A stretch of 62,778 nucleotides of DNA, filler included. It is 9 parts of 9 records of this genome, joined end to end, with 100 filler letters (N's around TTAATTAATTAA, not from the genome) between each part and the next. Parts side by side here need not be neighbours in the genome. Positions count along the whole stretch, not along the records: positions 48,214 to 57,541 come from DRR723986_13510; positions 57,642 to 62,778 come from DRR723986_13536; 7 more parts are not named here. The stretch is one strand, 5' to 3'. Below are positions 52,999 through 62,754 of the stretch, piece after piece (positions within the stretch are counted from its first letter, which is position 1; each line of letters starts with the position of its first letter). Under the pieces are notes generated by a model. The model was not told where the DNA came from. It saw nothing but the letters and a program-made list of their open reading frames with translations, and made no database searches. A program made the translations under genes and the position numbers.

Positions 52999-54289
52999 CA
53001 CGTCCGGCGCAGCCCCCACCCGGGCGCCGCAGGAGGCCGATGCTCCCTCCGGCTCGGCGGGGGCCGGGGCGAAACCGCGTCTGGCCATCGTCACCGCGCA
53101 ACTCGGTATCCCCTCCGAGGTCTGGATGATGCGGCAGGCGGCGGCGCTGACCGCCTTCTCGCCGCATCTTCTGGGCTGGAGCCGCACTCCCGACAGCCCC
53201 GCCTCCGCCCTGCCGGAAACCCTGCTGGGCCGGGATTTCCCCGCCCCGCGCGGGCCATGGCCGCGTCTGCTGCGCAAGCTTGGCAGCGCCCGCGCCCTTG
53301 CCCTGCCCGAGGCCGAGAGGCGCGTGCTGCAACAGGCGTTGGAGGCGCTGGCCCCGGATCTGGTCCTCGTGCATTTCGGCTGGACCGCCATCGCCGTGGC
53401 GCAGGCCCTGCCGCCCGGGGTGCCGATGGTGCTGCATGTGCATGGCCGCGACGTCTCTGTGATGATGCGGCAAAGGGCCTACCGGCGGGCGCTGGCCCGG
53501 GCGCTGAAACGCTGCGCCGCGCTGGTCGCGGTGGGGGCGCATCAGATCGACCGTCTGAGGCCCCTCGGCCTGCCCGAGAGGACCGCGCTGATCCCCTGCG
53601 GCGCGCCGCTGGACCTCTTTGCCGCCGCTCCGCTGCCGGCCCAACCCGCCGCCACGGCGGAGACGCCGCTCCGTTTCCTGTCGGTCGGGCGGCTGTCCCC
53701 GGAGAAGGGCATGATGGAAACCCTGCAGGCCTTCGAGGCGCTGCTGCCCGACTGCCCCGGGGCCGAGCTGGTGCTGATCGGCTACGGCCCGCAGGAGGCC
53801 GCGCTGCGCGCCCGCATCGCCGGCGCCGGACTGGAAAGCCGGGTCCGCCTGTCCGGTCGCCTGTCGCCCGAGGGGATCGCCGCCGAACTGGCGCGGGGCC
53901 ATGTCTACCTTCAGCATTCCCGGCAATACGGCGGTGCCCTCGAAGGCTTCGGCGTCACGCTGACAGAGGCGGGGGCCGCCGGGCTGCCGCTGCTGGCCTC
54001 TGCCTCGGGCGGGCTGAAGGACCAGATCGTCGAGGGCGAGAACGGCTGGCTTTTCCCCGAGGGCGACGTGGCGGCGCAATCCGCCCTGATGCTGCGACTG
54101 GCCCGGGATCCCGCCCTGCGCGCCCGCATGGGGGCGCGCGCCCGCGTGCTGGCTGGGCGCTTCGACAGCACCGTGATGGCCGGGCGCCTGCAGGCCCTGC
54201 TGCTGGACGTCGGCCGGGGGGCCGATCCCGACCGGGCCGGGCACGGTCGAAAGGGTCCGGCCGTCCCCGATCAGACCGGGGGCGCGTAG
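52988..54289 (+). CDS. Glycosyltransferase family 4 (GT-B)
   Basis: LSVGRLSPEKG and EGFGVTLTEAGAAGLP (Ex7E) motifs. Confidence 0.9.
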   Translation: MCPDTSGAAPTRAPQEADAPSGSAGAGAKPRLAIVTAQLGIPSEVWMMRQAAALTAFSPHLLGWSRTPDSPASALPETLLGRDFPAPRGPWPRLLRKLGSARALALPEAERRVLQQALEALAPDLVLVHFGWTAIAVAQALPPGVPMVLHVHGRDVSVMMRQRAYRRALARALKRCAALVAVGAHQIDRLRPLGLPERTALIPCGAPLDLFAAAPLPAQPAATAETPLRFLSVGRLSPEKGMMETLQAFEALLPDCPGAELVLIGYGPQEAALRARIAGAGLESRVRLSGRLSPEGIAAELARGHVYLQHSRQYGGALEGFGVTLTEAGAAGLPLLASASGGLKDQIVEGENGWLFPEGDVAAQSALMLRLARDPALRARMGARARVLAGRFDSTVMAGRLQALLLDVGRGADPDRAGHGRKGPAVPDQTGGA

Positions 54290-54975
54290 CCGAACATCTC
54301 GTAGTCGCGCCGGTACAGGCGGTGGACGAGGCGCGCCTCGGCGGGGTCCAGCCCCCGCGCGGTGCGGGGGCGCCCTGTCCTGCGGGCATGGGGCAGGCCG
54401 GACCACGGGATGTCCAGCCTCTCGCAGACGCGACGCGCGCCTGTCTCGAGCTCCTCGAAACGGAAGACGTCGTCGAGCCTTGCATGGCCACGCCCGAACC
54501 CCAGCCGCAGGTACTGGTGCTGCGGCCAGAAGAAGGGCTGCGACATCACCACCGAGCGGTACAGCGGATTGCGCCGCATCCGGTCGAGGAATTCGGCGTA
54601 GTCGAGCCCCTTGAGGTGCTTGGCGGCCCAGGCCATCTGCAGCGGCCAGTCGGTCTTGTCCCGCAGGAAGTGGAAGGCCGAATCCAGCCGGCTCGCCGGA
54701 TCGCGGACGAAGGTGAACCGATAGGCCGAGGCCCAGAGTTCGGGATACATGCGCCGGTAGACGGCGGCGGTGGCATGGGTCATGTAACCAATCGGCGGGT
54801 CGACCTTCATGACCTGCAGAAGGCTGGTTCCGGCGGTCTTCGGAATGTGGATGAAGATCGCGTTGTTCTGAAAGTTCCACGGCAGGGTGCAGGCGTAGCG
54901 GCCGGAATGCCACTGCCGGTCGTAGCGCCGGTTCAATTGCCCGGTCAGGCGGTAGACGGGTTCTGGGATGCGCAT
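54271..54975 (-). CDS. Sulfotransferase family 2 protein
   Basis: 5'-PSB FIHIPKTAGTS, 3'-PB FVRDPASRLDSAF and C-terminal YRRDYEMFGY motifs. Confidence 0.88.
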   Translation of the reverse strand: MRIPEPVYRLTGQLNRRYDRQWHSGRYACTLPWNFQNNAIFIHIPKTAGTSLLQVMKVDPPIGYMTHATAAVYRRMYPELWASAYRFTFVRDPASRLDSAFHFLRDKTDWPLQMAWAAKHLKGLDYAEFLDRMRRNPLYRSVVMSQPFFWPQHQYLRLGFGRGHARLDDVFRFEELETGARRVCERLDIPWSGLPHARRTGRPRTARGLDPAEARLVHRLYRRDYEMFGYAPPV

Positions 54976-55024
54976 GGAGGTCTCGGGGTAGGGGGCAGGA
55001 GCCCCGGAACGGGGCCGCGTTGCG

Positions 55025-55999
55025 TCAGGTCACGCGCGGGCGCCAGCGGAACCTGTGGTTCTGCGGGCGGAGGAGCGCAAGCAGGGGGATGAACAGCAGT
55101 TTCAGGGCCTTTTTCCGGCGCCCCTGACGCCACAGGATGCCGAAGGCCCCCTGACGCAGCAGCAGGCGGTACCCCTCCCTTCCCCATCCATCGTAAAAGA
55201 GCACGTGTATCCAGAAGCCCATGACATCGGCGAAGCTGGCTTCCAGCCCCGGCGTGATCGGGCCGTAGCGGCCAGAGCGCCGAGCGGCCATCAGGAAATC
55301 CAGCCCCTCGATCACTGACGGCATGTTCCGCGTCAGGGAATCCGCGTTCGAAGTCCGCTGCCCGACGGGCGTGGGATGGGTCAGCACCATGAACGGGCCA
55401 TCGCCTGCCATGCGGTAAAAGAGATCGGTGTCCTCGGCCCCCTTTAGCGCCTCGACGAAACCGCCCCTCGCAAGGTAGGCCTCGCGCCGCACGCCGAAGT
55501 ACCCCGCGCCCAGCACCGTGGGGGCCGGGCGGATGCGGGTGATCTCGAAGAAGTCCCGGCACAGCAGCTCTGCGCGCGCGGTGTCGACGTAGCCTTCGAG
55601 TTCCCCGGGCTGCCCGAAAGGGCGGACGCCGAGGAAGACGGCAAGGATGCCGGGATTGGAGGCGAGGGCCCCTTGCAGGGCCTCGCCCGACCAGTCGAAC
55701 CACAGATCGTCGCTGTCGAGAAAGACCAGCCAGTCGCCGCGCGCGGCCTCGGCGCCGGTGTTGCGCGCCGCGCCCGGGCCGGCGTTCGGCTGCTCGATCA
55801 GCCGGATCCTGTCGCCCACCCCCAGCTCCGCGATGGTCCGGCGGACCGCCTCGGGGGTCTGCCCGTCGGTCGAGCCGTCGTCCACCACGATGACCTCTTC
55901 GAGAAAGGGCAGAGAGGGCGGCAGGCTGCGCAGGCAATCAGCGATCATCTGCGGGCGGTTGTAGACCGGAATGATCAGGCTGATGGTCGGCTTCGGCAT
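55025..55999 (-). CDS. Glycosyltransferase family 2
   Basis: LIIPVYNR, VDDGSTD, ARNTG and FLDSDD motifs. Confidence 0.9.
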   Translation of the reverse strand: MPKPTISLIIPVYNRPQMIADCLRSLPPSLPFLEEVIVVDDGSTDGQTPEAVRRTIAELGVGDRIRLIEQPNAGPGAARNTGAEAARGDWLVFLDSDDLWFDWSGEALQGALASNPGILAVFLGVRPFGQPGELEGYVDTARAELLCRDFFEITRIRPAPTVLGAGYFGVRREAYLARGGFVEALKGAEDTDLFYRMAGDGPFMVLTHPTPVGQRTSNADSLTRNMPSVIEGLDFLMAARRSGRYGPITPGLEASFADVMGFWIHVLFYDGWGREGYRLLLRQGAFGILWRQGRRKKALKLLFIPLLALLRPQNHRFRWRPRVT

Positions 56000-56077
56000 G
56001 AAATCCCCGGGACTTGGCAATCGGCGGCAGATGGTCACAGCCGTCCCGTCAAGTCAACGCGGCACCCCCGGCCCGCG

Positions 56078-57088
56078 CTACTCCGGCAGCCCCCGCTGAC
56101 CGCGCAGCTTGGCGAGGAAGACCCCGGCAAGCACCGCCCCGTTGCGCCGGTCCTTGCGCAGCCAGCGCCAGAGCAGGCCCCATTCCCCCCGCCTGAGCAG
56201 CGTCCAGCCATAGATGCGGTTCAGGCGCAGGCTGCGTGCCCTGCGGTCGTCGATCAGCGCACCAAGCGCGGGGTCCGCCGCGATCTCTGCCGCCAGAAGG
56301 CCGTGCAGCCGGTCGCATTGCGCCGCCACCGCGCGGTAATCGACGTCGGTGACAGAGCCCGACGAGCGCTTGCCGCTGACCGCCCCGATCCGCGTCGAAT
56401 AGATGTAATAGGCCTCGTGCAGAACGCCGAAGGCCACGCCCTGCTGCGCAAGCGAGACGAAGAGCGCATGGTCCTCGCCGTGGCGCAGGCCGACCGGATA
56501 GGTCAGCCACCCGCGGTCGTGCAGATCGCGGCGGAACAGCGGCTGCAGAAGGCCCGGATCCAGCGGCCCGAGCGCATCGGCCCTCAGGAAATCACGCAGG
56601 CCCAACCGCTGCACCCGCCCCGAGGCAGGCAGTTGCATCGCCTCGGGCGCGGGGCAATCCGCGTCGAGGTCGTAGTAGATGGGCAGGTCCGCGATCACCG
56701 CGAGGGCGTTCTCTTCCGCCACCGCCAGAAGCCGCGCCAGCCGCCCGGGGGCAAAGGCATCGTCGGCGTCGAGCACCGCGATCCAGTCGCCCCGGGCCAG
56801 CGCGATCCCGTCGTTGCGGGCGGCGGCGGGGCCTTCGTTCCGGGTCTTGCGAAGGGCGGTGACCTGCGGCACCGAGGCTTCGAGGTCGGCGATGACCTTT
56901 GCCGTGCCATCGCCCGAGGCATCGTCGACGATCACGATCTCGACCTCTCCGGCAAGCCCCTCCTGATCCAGCACGGAGCGGACCGCGCGGCGCAGGATCC
57001 GCTCTGCGTTGTAGGCCGGGATGACGACCGAGACGGCCGGGCGCGGGGCGGGATCGTCCGCGTCGGCGTGCATCTGCAAGTCATTCAT
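56078..57088 (-). CDS. Glycosyltransferase family 2 (ExoO/ExoU-like)
   Basis: VVIPAYNA, VDDASGD, GPAAARN, VLDADD and LRHGED motifs. Confidence 0.88.
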   Translation of the reverse strand: MNDLQMHADADDPAPRPAVSVVIPAYNAERILRRAVRSVLDQEGLAGEVEIVIVDDASGDGTAKVIADLEASVPQVTALRKTRNEGPAAARNDGIALARGDWIAVLDADDAFAPGRLARLLAVAEENALAVIADLPIYYDLDADCPAPEAMQLPASGRVQRLGLRDFLRADALGPLDPGLLQPLFRRDLHDRGWLTYPVGLRHGEDHALFVSLAQQGVAFGVLHEAYYIYSTRIGAVSGKRSSGSVTDVDYRAVAAQCDRLHGLLAAEIAADPALGALIDDRRARSLRLNRIYGWTLLRRGEWGLLWRWLRKDRRNGAVLAGVFLAKLRGQRGLPE

Positions 57089-57511
57089 GTCCCGTCCCTT
57101 TCCGCATGCCGCGTGGATCCTCCCGAAGACCGGAAGACACCGACGCAGGTCCGAGGATCACCGTTGCTCTGGCACGTCGGCCTGCACCCATCAAGCCGGC
57201 TGTGATCCGCCCGCCGGGAGGCTGGCACCGGAGAGGTGCCTCACGGCGCTATCGTGGTCTGCGCGCGCCACCTCATGCCTTGTGAGAGGTTTCCCGGACA
57301 AGTGCCTTTCATGGCTGGAAAATACCCCAGCTAACCCGCGCACGCGTCGTAGCGGCGCGAAGGAGACTACAGACGCTGACCCTTGGAAATACCTTCGGGC
57401 GATACATCAGGATTCATTCGAAACGCATTGAAAATAAGATGAATAATATTCCAAAGCACTTCTTTTGAGCAACATAACCCTCATTACCGGATAGACGCTT
57501 GCGCCGGGGGG

Positions 57512-57531
57512 AAGCGCCTTCGAAGGCGCTT
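57512..57531. repeat. Perfect 20-bp palindrome AAGCGCCTTCGAAGGCGCTT at the contig end
   Basis: Read directly from the sequence. Followed by a partial second TTCGAA-centred unit. Confidence 0.6.
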
Positions 57532-57641
57532 TCGAAAGGCCNNNNNNNNNNNNNNNNNNNNNNNNNNNNNNNNNNNNNNNNNNNNTTAATTAATTAANNN
57601 NNNNNNNNNNNNNNNNNNNNNNNNNNNNNNNNNNNNNNNNN

Positions 57642-58125
57642 CCGCGTGGCCGCCGAGGCGCAGGCGGCCAGCGCCGAGTTCGCCAACGTCTCGAACCTGC
57701 GCGTGACCCGAGACGTCTTCCGCGAAACGCTGCGGCTCTATCCGCCGGTGCCGATGATGGTCCGCGAGACCACCTGTCCCGAACGCTTCCGCGACCGCGC
57801 GATCCCGAAGGGCGCGCAAATGGTCCTGAGCCCGTGGCACCTGCACCGCCACGAACGCCTGTGGGATAACCCCGACGCCTTCGACCCCGCCCGCTGGCAG
57901 ACCGAGAACGGCAAAACCTGCGCGCGCGAGGCCTACATTCCCTTCAGTGCCGGTCCGCGCGTCTGCACCGGCGCGGGCTTCGCCATGGTCGAGGGCGTGC
58001 TGCTTCTGGCGCTCCTTCTTCGGGATTTTCGCGTGACACCGGCCCCGGACCGCCCCCCGGTTCCCGAGGCGCATCTGACCGTCCGCGCGCGCGACGGCAT
58101 CTGGCTGCGAGTCGAGAAACGCTGA
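57642..58125 (+). CDS. Cytochrome P450, C-terminal part (5' truncated)
   Basis: ETLRLYPP (ExxR), FDPARW and PFSAGPRVCTG heme-Cys motifs. Confidence 0.93.
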
Positions 58126-58153
58126 GCGGCGCGCTCGAGGTGACCGAGCATTT

Positions 58154-58261
58154 CGGTATTTGAGCCAAGAAGAAACAGAAAGGCGGCTCTACGGGGGAGG
58201 CCTTGGTGTCCCACGCGGAGGACCTTGCGCTGACCTGTGCTTCTTCTTGGCCCAAATACCG
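58154..58261. repeat. Inverted pair of REP-like motifs
   Basis: CGGTATTTGAGCCAAGAAGAA (58154-58174) and TTCTTCTTGGCCCAAATACCG (58241-58261), 20 of 21 positions complementary. Confidence 0.75.
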
Positions 58262-58409
58262 TAAAGCAAGGACGCAGCGCAGGGCGACATCGGCGTTCCA
58301 TGAACCGTCCGCCACATTTAGCGGTAACACTCTGCGGCGCCTCTATACCAGCCCTGTCCAACGCGGTATCGACCATGTCGAGAGATTTCACCGTTGCGAG
58401 GGAGAGCAC

Positions 58410-59306
58410 ATGGCACAGACCGATTTCGAGAAGATGAAGGCCCAGATGGCGGGCGGCAAGGGTTTCATTGCCGCGCTCGACCAGTCCGGGGGGTCCACCC
58501 CCAAGGCGCTGGGACTCTATGGCGTCACCGAGGACATGTACGATGGCGAAGAGGCCATGTTCGCGCAGATCCACGAGATGCGGACGCGCATCATCAAGGC
58601 ACCGGGGTTCACCGGCGAGAAGGTGATCGGCGCGATCCTGTTCGAACGCACCATGCGGGGCACCGTCGATGGCACGCCGGTGGCCGAGTATCTCTGGAAC
58701 ACCCTGTCGGTGGTGCCCTTCCTCAAGATCGACAAGGGGCTCGAGGACGAGGCCAACGGCGTCCAGATGATGAAACCGATCCCCGGTCTCGAAGCCTCGC
58801 TGAAGGAGGCCGCCGGTCTCGGCATCTTCGGCACCAAGGAGCGCTCGGTGATCCACGAGGCCAACGCCGAGGGCATCAAGGCGGTCGTGGCGCAGCAGTT
58901 CGAGGTCGGGGCGACCGTCGTCTCCTGCGGGCTGGTGCCGATCCTCGAACCCGAGGTCTCGATCAAATCCGCCACCAAGGCCGAGGCCGAGGCGATCCTG
59001 AAGGACGAGATCCTCGCCGGGCTGAACGCGCTGCCCGAGGGCCACGACGTGATGCTCAAGCTGACGATCCCCAGCGAGGACGGTCTTTACGACGCTCTCG
59101 CCGATCATCCGCGTGTCGTGCGCGTGGTGGCGCTGTCCGGCGGCTACAGCACCGACGAGGCCTGCGAGCGCCTTGCCCGGCAGCCGAAGATGATCGCCTC
59201 CTTCAGCCGCGCTCTGGCCGAGGGCCTGTCGAAGCAGCAGTCGGACGAGGCCTTCGACGCGGCGCTTGGCGCGAACATCGACAAGATTTACCAGGCCTCG
59301 CTGTAA
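58410..59306 (+). CDS. Fructose-bisphosphate aldolase class I (bacterial type)
   Basis: GFIAALDQSGGSTPKAL, PFLKIDKGL, GTKERSVI, MLKLTIP and ALSGGYS motifs. Start re-placed at ATG 58410. Confidence 0.92.
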   Translation: MAQTDFEKMKAQMAGGKGFIAALDQSGGSTPKALGLYGVTEDMYDGEEAMFAQIHEMRTRIIKAPGFTGEKVIGAILFERTMRGTVDGTPVAEYLWNTLSVVPFLKIDKGLEDEANGVQMMKPIPGLEASLKEAAGLGIFGTKERSVIHEANAEGIKAVVAQQFEVGATVVSCGLVPILEPEVSIKSATKAEAEAILKDEILAGLNALPEGHDVMLKLTIPSEDGLYDALADHPRVVRVVALSGGYSTDEACERLARQPKMIASFSRALAEGLSKQQSDEAFDAALGANIDKIYQASL

Positions 59307-59357
59307 GGCTAGTTTTCTGCTTCACCCGCCCGGACGCCATGGCACCGGGCGGGCCTC

Positions 59358-60020
59358 TCACGTCCCGCGAAGCGCCTCGAAATCCGCGAGCCGCTTGCCG
59401 GGTTCGTCGACGAAGAGACCGGGCAGGGGCGTCAGCGCCTCGATGCGGTCGATGCGCAGCGTCGCGAAATCCCCCTTGCTCTCGTCCCAGGCCACGCAGG
59501 TCCAAAGGCGCCCCCAGTAGTCGATGTGCAGCGGGCGGATGTCATGCGTCTTTCCGCCAAGCGTCACGCGCAGCTTCTGGCGGGCCCGGATCGCCGCGCG
59601 GATCGCGGGCATGTGGGTGAAGCCGCGCGCCGCCTCGGCGAAGGCATCGGTGGCGAAACCGAAGGGGGCGGGCGCGCTTCCGGTATCCTCGGGCAGCACC
59701 GTGTCGATCTTGCGGGCGAGGCTGCGGGCGGCGGCGGCATGATCCTCCATCCCCGAGGCGCCGAGCGCCGCCAGCGCGAGATGCAGCGCCTCGAGTTCCG
59801 CCTCGGTCAGGTTCAGCGGCGGCAGGGTGATCGCCGCCTGAACGGTATAGCCATAGCCGCGCGCGCCCTCGACCGGCACGCCGGAGGCGGCCAGTACCTC
59901 CATGTCGCGATAGATCGTGCGGACCGAGACCTTCAGATCCTGTGCCATGGCTTCGGCCGTGTGCAGCCGCCCGTCGCGCAGGCGCTGCATCAGGGCATAA
60001 AGCCGGTCCTTCCTGTTCAT
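59358..60020 (-). CDS. HTH-WYL (YafY-type) transcriptional regulator
   Basis: VSVRTIYRDMEVL...GVPVEGARGYGY wHTH and the WYL-like IRPLHIDYWGRLWTCVAW...FATLRIDRI. Start re-placed at ATG 60020. Confidence 0.88.
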   Translation of the reverse strand: MNRKDRLYALMQRLRDGRLHTAEAMAQDLKVSVRTIYRDMEVLAASGVPVEGARGYGYTVQAAITLPPLNLTEAELEALHLALAALGASGMEDHAAAARSLARKIDTVLPEDTGSAPAPFGFATDAFAEAARGFTHMPAIRAAIRARQKLRVTLGGKTHDIRPLHIDYWGRLWTCVAWDESKGDFATLRIDRIEALTPLPGLFVDEPGKRLADFEALRGT

Positions 60021-60045
60021 GCGCCATCCTCTCCGCCGGGGGCAA

Positions 60046-60087
60046 ATTTCTTCGAAGAAATCTGGAAGGATCTTGCAAGATCCTTCC
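60046..60087. repeat. Double palindrome element
   Basis: ATTTCTTCGAAGAAAT (60046-60061) and GGAAGGATCTTGCAAGATCCTTCC (60064-60087), both perfect. Confidence 0.7.
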
Positions 60088-60102
60088 GCGCCGCCCCGGC
60101 AT

Positions 60103-60138
60103 ACTGACAAAATCCTGACAACTGACAAGCACATGACA
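60103..60138. promoter_or_regulatory. Four TGACA direct repeats, candidate operator of the WYL regulator
   Basis: TGACA at 60105, 60116, 60123 and 60134, forming two TGACA-N6-TGACA pairs with 11-bp phasing. Confidence 0.55.
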
Positions 60139-60251
60139 CACGCGATGCTGCGGAGCGGCGCTTTGGCGCTTTTGTCGGGCCGCGCGAGGGGGTAGAACCC
60201 GGTCTCGGAATTCATGCGCCGCGACGGGCGGCGCCGGACAAGGAGACCGCC

Positions 60252-60488
60252 ATGTTGAACAATATCGGCCTTCCGGGCCTTCTGCTGATCGCCGTCGTCG
60301 TGCTCGTGCTGTTTGGGCGGGGCAAGATCTCCTCGCTGATGGGCGAGGTCGGCAAGGGCATCACCGCCTTCAAGAAGGGCGTGAGCGAAGGCGGCCAGGA
60401 ACTCGAGGAGCAGAAGGCGGAGGAGGCGCGCGACGTCACCCCCAAGGCGCCGGTCCACAATCCGGCCGAAGAAAAGGACAAGGTGTAA
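60252..60488 (+). CDS. tatA: Twin-arginine translocase subunit TatA
   Basis: TM segment, [33 protein letters not shown]. Confidence 0.95.
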   Translation: MLNNIGLPGLLLIAVVVLVLFGRGKISSLMGEVGKGITAFKKGVSEGGQELEEQKAEEARDVTPKAPVHNPAEEKDKV

Positions 60489-60494
60489 TCCGCC

Positions 60495-60983
60495 ATGTTC
60501 GATCTCGGCTGGAGCGAGTTGATGGTCATCGGGGTCGTGGCGTTGATCGTCGTCGGCCCCAAGGACCTGCCGATGCTCTTCCGCAATGTCGGCCGTTTCA
60601 TGGGCAAGGCCCGTGGCATGGCGCGCGAATTTTCCAAGGCGATGAACGACGCGGCGGATGAATCCGGCGTGCGGGACGTGGCCAAGACCTTCAAGACCGC
60701 GGCCAACCCGATGGGCAGCGCCATGGACGGGGTGAAGGACGCGGCGAAGTCGCTGACCGACTTCAATCCCGAGGCGCCCCCCGAGAAGAAGCCCGAGGGC
60801 GAGACCGCCAAGCTTTCGAAGGAGCGCGAGGAGGCCCGTCGCAAGATCGAGGCCAATGCCGCCCGCGCGGCCGCAGAGCGCAAGCGGCGCGAGGCGGAGG
60901 ATGCGATGAAGAAGGCCGAGGCGCTGGAAGCCGATCTGGCCCGTGACCGGGTCGAGGACAGCCCCAAGGGGACCGACGCATGA
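60495..60983 (+). CDS. tatB: Twin-arginine translocase subunit TatB
   Basis: [26 protein letters not shown]. Confidence 0.95.
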   Translation: MFDLGWSELMVIGVVALIVVGPKDLPMLFRNVGRFMGKARGMAREFSKAMNDAADESGVRDVAKTFKTAANPMGSAMDGVKDAAKSLTDFNPEAPPEKKPEGETAKLSKEREEARRKIEANAARAAAERKRREAEDAMKKAEALEADLARDRVEDSPKGTDA

Positions 60984-61909
60984 GCCGCACCGACGACGAC
61001 ATAGAGGACAGCGCGGCCCCGCTGATCGAGCATCTGGCAGAGCTGCGCACGCGGCTGATCCGTTCCGTCATCGCGCTGCTGATCGGCATCGTGCTGGCCT
61101 TCACCGTGGCCGAGCCGATCCTGCAATTCCTGCTCAAACCCATCGAGGCCACGCTGCGCGATCTGGGCGACCCGGCACCGACGCTGCAGTATACCTCGCC
61201 GCAGGAATACCTCTTTACCCTGTTCCGGATCTCCATGGTCTTCGGGCTGGGGCTCGCCTTCCCGGTGATCGCCCACCAGATGTGGCGCTTCGTGGCGCCG
61301 GGGCTCTACCGCTCCGAAAAGGCGGCCTTTCTGCCCTTCACCATCGCCTCGCCGATCATGTTCCTGCTGGGGGCGAGCTTTGCGCATTTCGTCGTGACGC
61401 CGCTGGCCATGGCCTTCTTCCTCGGCTTCGCGGACGTCAGTTCGATCTTCGCCAACCTGTTGGCGCAGACCACCGACGCCGTGCCCGAGACCGCCGCCGT
61501 GGTGCCCACCACCAGCGAGGGGCTGCGGATCACCTTCTTCGGCAAGGTCAACGAATCCCTCGACATCACGCTGAAGTTCATCATCGCCTTCGGCCTGTGC
61601 TTTCAGCTGCCGGTGCTGCTGACGCTGATGGGCAAGGCGGGGCTGGTCTCTGCCGCGGGCCTTGGCGCGGTGCGCAAATACGCCGTCGTGGCGATCCTGC
61701 TGCTTGCCGCTCTGGTAACGCCGCCGGACGTGATCACGCAGATGATCCTCTTCACGGTGGTCTACGGCCTCTATGAGATCTCGATCTTCCTCGTCGCCCG
61801 CGTCGAGAAGAAGCGCGAGGCGCAGCTGCGGGCCGAGGGCCTGTGGTTCGAGGAGGAGAACGGCGAGGAAGACCCGCTGAAGAAGGACTTCGAGGAAGAC
61901 AAGACGTGA
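60980..61909 (+). CDS. tatC: Twin-arginine translocase subunit TatC
   Basis: [25 protein letters not shown] and TPPD motifs. Confidence 0.96.
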   Translation: MSRTDDDIEDSAAPLIEHLAELRTRLIRSVIALLIGIVLAFTVAEPILQFLLKPIEATLRDLGDPAPTLQYTSPQEYLFTLFRISMVFGLGLAFPVIAHQMWRFVAPGLYRSEKAAFLPFTIASPIMFLLGASFAHFVVTPLAMAFFLGFADVSSIFANLLAQTTDAVPETAAVVPTTSEGLRITFFGKVNESLDITLKFIIAFGLCFQLPVLLTLMGKAGLVSAAGLGAVRKYAVVAILLLAALVTPPDVITQMILFTVVYGLYEISIFLVARVEKKREAQLRAEGLWFEEENGEEDPLKKDFEEDKT

Positions 61910-62754
61910 CGAAGACCCTGAAACGCATCGCGACGGCGCTGGAACGCATGGCGCCGCCGCCGCTCGACGCGCCCGACTTCTCCGCCGCCGAGGCCTTTGT
62001 CTGGCATGTCTCGCCCGACGCGCTGGCCCCGGTGCCGCAGGTCAGCCGGGTCCCGCTGGAGCTGCTCATCGGCATCGACCGGGCGCGCGACACGCTTTAC
62101 GCCAACACCCTGCAATTCGCGAAGGGCCTGCCGGCCAACAACGCGCTGCTCTGGGGCGCGCGGGGCATGGGGAAATCCAGCGTGGTCAAGGCGGTGCATG
62201 CCGCCGTCCGCGCCGAGGGGCTGGACCTGAAGCTGGTGGAACTGCAGCGCGAGGATCTGCCTTCGGTCGGTCGCCTGCTGGCCCTGATGCGGCAGGCGCC
62301 TTACCGCTTCGTGCTGTTCTGCGACGACCTCAGCTTCAGCCACGACGATCAGCATTACAAATCGCTCAAGGCCGTGCTGGATGGCGGCGTCGAGGGGCGG
62401 CCCGACAACGTGGTGCTCTATGCCACCTCGAACCGGCGCCACCTGATGCCGCGCGACATGATCGAGAACGAACGCTCGTCCTCGATCAACCCCTCCGAGG
62501 CGGTGGAGGAGAAGGTCTCTCTGTCCGACCGCTTTGGTCTGTGGCTGGGCTTCCACCCCTGTTCGCAGGACGACTACCTTGCGATGATCCGCGGCTATTG
62601 CGACCGCTACGGCGTCGGGATCGACGACGAGACGCTGCGCGCCGAGGCGGTGGAGTGGCAGGCCACGCGGGGCGCACGGTCCGGCCGGGTGGCGTGGCAG
62701 TTCTTTACTGATCTCGCCGGGCGCAGGGGTGTGGCGCTTCAGGGCGCCGGCTGA
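61906..62754 (+). CDS. DUF815-family AAA+ ATPase
   Basis: LLWGARGMGKSS, FCDDLSF, YATSNRRHL, SLSDRFGL and RSGRVAWQF motifs. GTGA overlap with tatC. Confidence 0.88.
   Translation: MTKTLKRIATALERMAPPPLDAPDFSAAEAFVWHVSPDALAPVPQVSRVPLELLIGIDRARDTLYANTLQFAKGLPANNALLWGARGMGKSSVVKAVHAAVRAEGLDLKLVELQREDLPSVGRLLALMRQAPYRFVLFCDDLSFSHDDQHYKSLKAVLDGGVEGRPDNVVLYATSNRRHLMPRDMIENERSSSINPSEAVEEKVSLSDRFGLWLGFHPCSQDDYLAMIRGYCDRYGVGIDDETLRAEAVEWQATRGARSGRVAWQFFTDLAGRRGVALQGAG

Noticed and set aside
59358-60458. 366-aa version of the WYL regulator
   Set aside because: The extension is antisense to tatA. HTH similarity begins at ATG 60020.
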